A DNA stretch of 64,000 nt from positions 62,001 through 126,000 of the forward strand of contig OZ374564.1 in NCBI GenBank assembly GCA_977862235.1. The letters are read 5' to 3'. A program made the position numbers and the translations under genes. This document shows positions 56,577 through 64,000 of the stretch, piece by piece. The DNA comes from Dudresnaya verticillata (lineage: Eukaryota). The number at the start of each line of letters is the position of its first letter. Position 1 is the first letter of the stretch. The notes below the pieces were generated by a model. The model worked only from the letters and a program-made list of their open reading frames with translations. It did no database searches and was not told the origin of the DNA.

Positions 56577-59500
56577 ATCTCCCCTCACGACAAGGAAGTA
56601 AGCAAACCCGTAACGGAAAATACAAATACTACCGACTGGAAGGATCAAGTCCAGATCGGCACAGAAGAAGCATCGCTCCGCAAACGGATTTTAACCCTAC
56701 TCGAGGAATATAAGTCGATGTGGAGTGGCGATCTTGGCAACATTACAGCTGCCAAGCACCGCATCGAGTTAACTCCCGGAGCTAAGCCAGTATATCAAGC
56801 CCCATACCGTGCCGGACATAAGCAGCGAGATCTCGAAAAGACAGAGATCGATCGCATGCTTTCCGCTAAGGTAATTGAACCAGCCTCATCGGAGTGGGCC
56901 AGCCCCGTGGTTTTCGTTCCAAAAAAGGACGGCACCATGCGGTTCTGTGTTGACTATAGAAGGCTCAATTCCGTAACGGTTAGGGACTCATATCCCTTGC
57001 CCAGGATGGATGAGTGCATAGATTCCCTTGGGGAAGCTACTGTATTTACCACCCTGGATTGCAATAGCGGATATTGGCAAGTCGAGATTCCGGAAGAGGA
57101 AAGGGGCAAAACTACCTTCACTAGCCATTTTGGCTTATACCGTTTTCGGAGAATGCCATTCGGATTGAAAAATGCACCGGCAACCTTCCAACGGGCAGTG
57201 GATATAATCCTTTCTACGGTTAAATGGCAATTTGCCCTCGTCTACCTAGACGATGTAATTGTCTACTCAAAAACCGTTACGGAACATTTCCACCACCTGA
57301 AGGAAGTCCTTACGCTTTTACGATCCGCTGGGGTAACGTTGAAATTGTCAAAGTGTGACTTCTTCAACGCGTCTGTACAATACCTGGGGCATGTTATCCG
57401 TCCCGGAAAATTAGAAGTGGATAATCGAAATATCCAATCCGTTAAGGTCGCGAAGCCGCCGAGTAACCAAACGGAATTGCGATCCTTCTTGGGAATGTGC
57501 AACGTGTATCGTCGATTTGTACCCAACTTCGCTCGGATCTCAGCACCGCTAAATAAGAAAACCGGCAAGGGCTCACCGTTTGAGTTTGGAATATTATCCG
57601 ATACGGAATATGAAGCCTTCGAGGAACTGAAGAGACGCCTTATCTCTCCACCTTTATTGGCTCTACCCCGTCACGGATATAAATATACATTGGACACTTA
57701 CGCATGTGACCATCAAGTCGGCTGTGTCCTTCTGCAGGAACAACCGAATGGCGATCACCTCCCTATTGGATACTGGAGCCGAAGCCTCACCGATGCGGAG
57801 AAAAATTATACGAAAACCGAAAAGGAATGCTTAGCCGTGGTCTGGAGCATGGTAGCACTCCGACCCTACCTTTACGGTGACAAGTTTATTCTCCGAACGG
57901 ATCACGATGCCCTGCGGTGGATCCTGAATCTCGCAGACTCATCTGGCCGCCTTGCCAGGTGGAGGCTCCGCCTATCGGAATTTGAATTTGAGGTGCAATA
58001 TCGTCCTGGAATTAAGCACCAACTCGCCGATGGGATGTCGCGGCTCCGAACGGATGGCGGTGACGATAGACCTTTGGATGAAGAGATACCCTGCTTTATC
58101 GCCGAAAATACCGTCGACGGATTATATGAGCATGGAGTTTATTCAACCGATTGGGCTACATCACAAGAAACCGCTACGGAAAATAACGTAATATGCGCCG
58201 TGGAGCCCGCCAGTGGGAGCGCATCCGCCTCCCCTGACAAGCCCGACGCAATACCGTCACGGTTTACTGTAATCCAAGAATCCGACGTTAAGGATGAGAC
58301 AACTACCAGGGAGGAGTTCCTCGAAGCGCAAGCCAGAGACCCTTTCTGCCGTCTCAAAGCCGATACGGTAGGCTCCCCTGGATCACAGTTTGACTATGAC
58401 CGTAACGGATTCTTGGTACGCAAGTCCCAATTGGATGGCGCTCTACAGAAGGTGGTGCCAAGCGAACTCCGTGGACGGGTATTGTATTTATCCCACTACA
58501 CCCTGATGTCGGGTCACCCAGGCAGAATTAAGATGTATTATACACTCCGACAGGATTATTATTGGCCTCATATGGCCAACGATGTATTTGAATCCGTTCG
58601 GACATGTCGCTCCTGCGTGAAGACAAAGGGAACCCGCTTTCGGAATCAAAGGTTTATGAAACTTTTCCCCGCTAGCGGACCTTTGGAGTTTGTCGCTATC
58701 GACATTCTCGGGCCACTTCCGAAGACAAAACGGGGTTATGTCTATGTCTTGGTAATTACCGATCGGTTCTCTAAGCTAACGCGCTGTATCCCGTTACGGA
58801 CAACAACAGCCGTTGTGGTGGCTAACGCCTTTTTGGACTTTTGGGTGTACGCCTACGGCGCACCCCAATTTGTCCTCACCGATAATGGACCGCAGTTTAC
58901 TGCTAAGTTCTTCGACGCGGTGTGTTCCTTACTCGGAGTCAGGCACCTGCTCACAGCTGCCTATCATCCGCAGACAAATGGGCAAGCCGAGCGATTTAAT
59001 AAGACAATCGCCCAACGGTTGCGCCATTACGTCGAGGATCGTCACTCCGATTGGGATTTGTACCTGCAGCCGTTGACATATGCGTACAACATGCAGGTAC
59101 ACCGTATTACGGAAACAACGCCATTTGATTGGTGCTGACACGCCACCCATCGGATATTGTTGTACGAGGGGCTCCTGTCGAGCATCAAGAAACCGTTACG
59201 GAAGGGCGTATGACCCCGGTGCTACAGAAGCGGAGCACCATGCGCCGTTTACGGTACGCGCTCCAGACAGCGCGCACGAAGCAGACAGTGGCTCAGCAAA
59301 AAGCCAAGGCACTGTTTGACCGTAAGGTGCGCTTTAGGCCCATAATCCGTAGCGGAGATCAAGTCTATGTCGACCGGCCGCCCCATAACTTGCGGCCGGC
59401 CGAACGCCGTGAGCGGGACCGATTGGAAGGCAAACCGGACGATGTGGGCGAGGTGGCTCAGGAAATGAAGAAACTCCTTCCGAGAGCCACGGGGCCTTAT

Positions 59501-59956
59501 GAAGTGGAATCCGCAACGGAACATGTCGTTACAATCCGCAAGGAAGGGGTATTGATCCCCGTAAGTATCGATCGCATCACGAAGGTTCCGATCGGAGTTG
59601 CGGTTCAGCCGGCACCCTTAACAGTGCCGCCTGTCACGCCATCAACCGTCTACGGAGAAGTAGTGCCACATCCAGAAGGTACTACAGTAGTACCTCCTTC
59701 TGAAGGTACTACTACCTCCGCGACGGAACCACTGCAAGCCGATACGGAATATGTGATCGACAAGATTGTCGGTCACCGCGACGATCCTACTGGGATGACG
59801 TACAAAGACCGCTGGTATGGTTACCCTCCGGATCAGGATACCTACGAACCCGCCGAGGAATTGCCGCAGAACTTCATCTACCGCTATTGGAAGCAAAAAC
59901 GCAAGAGCTCCGCTAAGGGAAAGCCACTGCGACGCCCAGCCAAGGCACGCCGCTAA
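56577..59956 (+). pseudogene. G3 pol: RT, RNase H, integrase, chromodomain (one frameshift near 59130)
   Basis: YLDD, HYTLMSGHPG...CRSC, VAID/TDNG/AERFN; EYVIDKIVGH...WYGYPPDQDTYEPAEELP. Confidence 0.93.
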
Positions 59957-61169
59957 CCGTAACGGAAAACAAGCTACTGTCGCTTGCGGTAATCGCAACT
60001 CCCCGCGATGTGGCGACCCGGTTACGGGAACTGCGTCTTGTCGACGCCTGCTACCGTTACGGGATGTCGTTGTTGCTCAAACTGGGGCATACCGCTCCGT
60101 CACGGATTTTGCCAGCGTGGGTCGGGTACCCTGCTGATGACGCGACCCATTTCCCGAAACGGTACTCTCGTTTTTCTGCAATATCGCAGCCGGCGTACTC
60201 TGCCCAGGTTCCACCGCTTACGCGGCACTCTTCCGTCACGGAAATCGCTCTGAACACCCCGTCAGCCACCGTAACGGTGTTCGTCGTCGACCTTTCCGGG
60301 AGGGGCACGCTTTTTTCTTGCCATGGGTGGCCGCACAATCACGTTTGGGCCAAGAACGGCCTCTTCCACGACGGCACAGGAAAATTCCTCGGTCTCATTA
60401 TTCTTCTCAGAGTCCCGGGGTATATATTAATATTGATGTTAATATTAATATTTTCAATATATTATTATTTTGAAAATACTATATTAACACCGTCGCGGGT
60501 TGGGTTCATCTCAAGAGGGAGAGGTTCGTGGTGTGTCTCATAAGGGCAGGGGTGAAGGTGTTCGCCTGTAACCGCTACGGATTCCTGAAACACGCAGCCT
60601 GCGACGGTTTGTGGCGTACCTAGCCCCCCAACTTCTCGCCACCCAAGTCGGAACAACTTCCGTCAGGAGGTAGCGGGTGTGAAGTACCGTCATCCGATCG
60701 GAGTACGAATTGTCCATTGTGGATATGGGAGCGTATGCGCGTTCGAGCAGACCGTTGGGGAAACTTATTCCGCTACGGTGAGAGCAACACTCTCCAAGAG
60801 TGTTTCCTCCTTTATGTGTGGTAGGACCCCCATGTCGGATTTTTGCAAATGCGGCTGTCTGTGAGGTGTCTGGATTGCACTCCCGTTACGGTGAAAGAGG
60901 GGGTAAGATCTGGCGGCTGCTCCGCTGACACACTGGAGGAACCCGTTGCGTCTGTTTATGAGGCAGAAGACTGGCGACCAGCCGGGGCAAGAAATCCTTG
61001 CGGATGGCGCGCGACACTCGCGTTAAGCGCGTTTTGGTTATTCTCCGTGACGGAAGTCCTGGTATTGGAGGTTCGTGGCGTTCCCAACGCATCGAAGCAA
61101 ACCGTGACGGCAGTAGAGAAGTTGATGAGAGACCTGGAAAAGCTTCTCGAATTCGTTGAAGGTGCGTCG

Positions 61170-62015
61170 TGTGGTGCAAAGCGTCTGTAGACGATGGACC
61201 GCCGAGCAGTTCGGGGCTCGGTGGGTAGCTGCGCCCTTGGCGAGGGGTGGTCCCGCCGTGGGCGACTTGGTGGTAGAGCAAAGGAACACGCCTTGGGCGG
61301 AATGTAGACGCCCGAGGCGGAAGGTGTGAAGGAAGGGGAAAGGAAACAGAAAGGGAGCACGTCAAGGACGATGGCAGACGTAGAAGCACGGGAGGTAGAC
61401 GCTTAGCCGTAGGCAGCGGTAGGGTACGCGCGTGCGCGGAACGGGGAAGTCTGGACCAGGGCCGGCTTGTCCGGGGTTTACTCAGCGTCTCAGACGGATT
61501 ACCTAATATACTACGCGAGCGACGGCGGCAGGTGCGGTGCGCGGGAACTCAGGACGCGTGTCGCGCCGTCGAGTGTCTGACACGTCGCCGTCGCCATGCA
61601 GCCGCGTGCGCGGGAGCTCAGGGGTAGCTTACAGACGCATGCGTGTAGCGGCGTGAGGAATCCGGATTCGGATCCAGATCCCTGCCAGCATTGCTGGCGC
61701 GCGGCCATTACAGGCGCGCTCCTTACATCACTGTAGATTCGGATGCTGGATCTCGATGTCCCATCCGGATCCGATCCGGACCCGGGCCAAGCTTACAGGC
61801 GGGCGCCTTGCGCCCGGCCGATCGGGATCGTGTATCCGGATCTGGCCGTACAGTGGGCGCGTGCGCCGCGCCGCGCGGGGTAACGGCTGCCGTATGCCCG
61901 TGGGCCAATCGTCTATGACGTGTTCGCGCGCCAACGGCGGTTGACGTGCCATCGGTAGACGATGGCATATAATACGCTCACAGCGAAAAAGGGGCAGCCC
62001 TCCCCTTGCACCACA
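61170..62015 (-). mobile_element. Solo LTR (family A relative, 846 bp)
   Basis: TGTGGTGCA...TGCACCACA termini; TSD CGTCG (61165-61169 and 62016-62020). Confidence 0.95.
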
Positions 62016-62261
62016 CGTCGGACCCAAGCCGCAACTTCTTGAAGGTGGGCGCCCGAGGACGTGGCGCCATTTAAGGAGGGGAGTCTGTGGTGAAGTGAGC
62101 CGTGGCGCGCATGCGGCCCACCGACGGCGAGCCAACCGTAACGGGTGATGTGGCAATACGCCACGCTGATGATCTGGCAACGTGTAACCGTGTCGGATGT
62201 TGTGCGCATTGCTGTACGCCGGTACGCATTGCTGTACAGCAGTGAAGCGCACCAACCATAC

Positions 62262-63107
62262 TGTGGTGCAAGGGGAGGGCTGCCCCTTTTTCGCTGTGAG
62301 CGTATTATATGCCATCGTCTACCGATGGCACGTCAACCGCCGTTGGCGCGCGAACACGTCATAGACGATTGGCCCACGGGCATACGGCCACCGTTACCCC
62401 GCGCGGCGCGGCGCACGCGCCCACTGTACGGCCAGATCCGGATACACGATCCCGATCGGCCGGGCGCAAGGCGCCCGCCTGTAAGCTTGGCCCGGGTCCG
62501 GATCGGATCCGGATGGGACATCGAGATCCAGCATCCGAATCTACAGTGATGTAAGGAGCGCGCCTGTAATGGCCGCGCGCCAGCAATGCTGGCAGGGATC
62601 TGGATCCGAATCCGGAATCCTCACGCCGCTACACGCATGCGTCTGTAAGCTACCCCTGAGCTCCCGCGCACGCGGCTGCATGGCGACGACGACGTGTCAG
62701 ACACTCGACGGCGTGACACGCGTCCTGCGTTCCCGCGCACCGCACCTGCCGCCGTCGCTCGCGTAGTATATTAGGTAATCCGTCTGAGACGCTGAGTAAA
62801 CCCCGGACAAGCCGGCCTTGGTCCAGACTTCCCCGTTCCGCGCACGCGCGTACCCTACCGCTGCCTACGGCTAAGCGTCTACCTCCCGTGCTTCCACGTC
62901 TGCCATCGTCCTTGACGTGCTCCCTTTCTGTTTCCTTTCCCCTTCCTTCACACCTTCCGCCTCGGGCGTCTACATTCCGCCCAAGGCGTGTTCCTTTGCT
63001 CTACCACCAAGTCGCCCACGGCGGGACCACCCCTCGCCAAGGGCGCAGCTACCCACCGAGCCCCGAACTGCTCGGCGGTCCATCGTCTACAGACGCTTTG
63101 CACCACA
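62262..63107 (+). mobile_element. Solo LTR (same subfamily, 846 bp), inverted relative to 61170-62015
   Basis: TSD CATAC (62257-62261 and 63108-63112); only a handful of differences from the neighbouring copy. Confidence 0.95.
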
Positions 63108-63202
63108 CATACCGGAGTATTTGTAGTGTTTATTCTTTATTTTTGTAGTATAGACGTCGGATCGATCCGACGTCTGATACTTGCTGGTCCGAAGCCGCCA
63201 CA

Positions 63203-64000
63203 CAGACCCGTCGATGGGTAGGTGTTGGGGTTGGTAGAGCGGTGTCGGCCGCGTGTGCCCCGCAGGTGCGGATCGACGGCGTCGATGCCGGAGCGCGCAC
63301 GGGGCGTACCGTACGCGGGTAGGCAGCGGCCGGATCCCAGCGTCCCTGTCGAAGGGCGGCACGAAGCCGACGGAAAGGAAAAGGAAAGGGGAAAGCCTAG
63401 CGAGGCAAGGGGAAAAAGGGAAACCGCCCGCTGGCGTAAGGCAAAGGGATCGAACCCGAAAAGGCTGGGGGCAAGCTTCAGCGCGAGCTGTTGCTTGACC
63501 GGTTTACTGAGCTGTCCATGGCCGACGGTCTTAAATACCCTACACTATGTGCACTACGACTACTTCTACAGTAGGTGCGCCCCACAACACCAACGCGGGA
63601 GGTGTGCGAGCGCGCGCCCATACACGTGTCGATACGTCCGGGTAACGGTTACCCGTGGGCGCGCGCGGGGCGTAACGGGCAGCGGCCCTCTCAACGGCTC
63701 GATGCCGGAGAGCGTCACAGGGGCGCGCCGTGTGCGGCACGGCGCGCGGCCGCTGCCGGCAGCAATGCGGTCGACCGCTACTAATTTCAACGAAAAAACT
63801 AAGGGCACGCTGCCCAACCACGACTCGCCAGCGGGCGTCATCGTGTGCACCATTACAGTGCAGCGCTGCCAGCATACCTTACAGCCGCTGCTGATAGTGT
63901 GCTGACAGCTATACTACAATTTTTAGTGAGTATCTGTACAGTATGTAGAGTAGTGCGCCAGCCAATGAGAATGCTGCGCATGTCCGTGTCGGAGATTGGG
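63203..64000 (-). mobile_element. Probable LTR of another family, minus orientation, running off the window
   Basis: Minus strand has the CAGTAAA...CAAGC box near 63493-63509, a pyrimidine-rich U5-like tract and CTGTAA motifs. Termini not identified. Confidence 0.5.

Larger units (their letters stand above)
55043..63202 (+). mobile_element. Ty3/Gypsy chromovirus G3 (5'-truncated; pol; 3' LTR from 62086, end uncertain)
   Basis: PR C-terminal half at 55043-55667, RT-RH-IN at 56577-59138, chromodomain in 59129-59956. PPT AAGGAGGGGAG before TGTGGTGAAG at 62086. Confidence 0.82.

Noticed and set aside
60540..61169. Third copy of the antisense accessory ORF in G3
   Set aside because: No frame shows the conserved motifs; only short uninformative ORFs are present.

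Overview
Eukaryotic, transposon-saturated DNA. Protein style and TE repertoire suggest a florideophyte red alga such as Chondrus or Gracilaria, but this is an unverified inference. There is one intact host gene (1094-4825): an N-terminal helical-bundle domain, a protein kinase, an Apaf-1-like helical remnant and 8 near-identical WD40 repeats that vary mainly at putative surface positions, giving an immune-receptor-like architecture. The rest is mostly nested TEs. A young full-length Ty1/Copia element (6707-12005) splits a host ORF. A piggyBac-like transposase carries a YqaJ/lambda-exonuclease-like domain. An APE-type LINE sits inside a solo LTR, which sits inside a Gypsy LTR. There are four Ty3/Gypsy elements (three with visible chromodomains), a Tc1/Tc3 fragment, and at least five TSD-flanked solo LTRs, two of which form an 846-bp inverted pair. 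Two related chromoviruses each carry a long, uninterrupted antisense ORF (30306-31943 and 51155-53458) between pol and the 3' LTR. The two ORFs are homologous, belong to no family I recognise, and sit in elements whose gag-pol is decayed. One is followed by diverged repeats with co-varying hairpins. All coordinates were read by eye and no searches were run.
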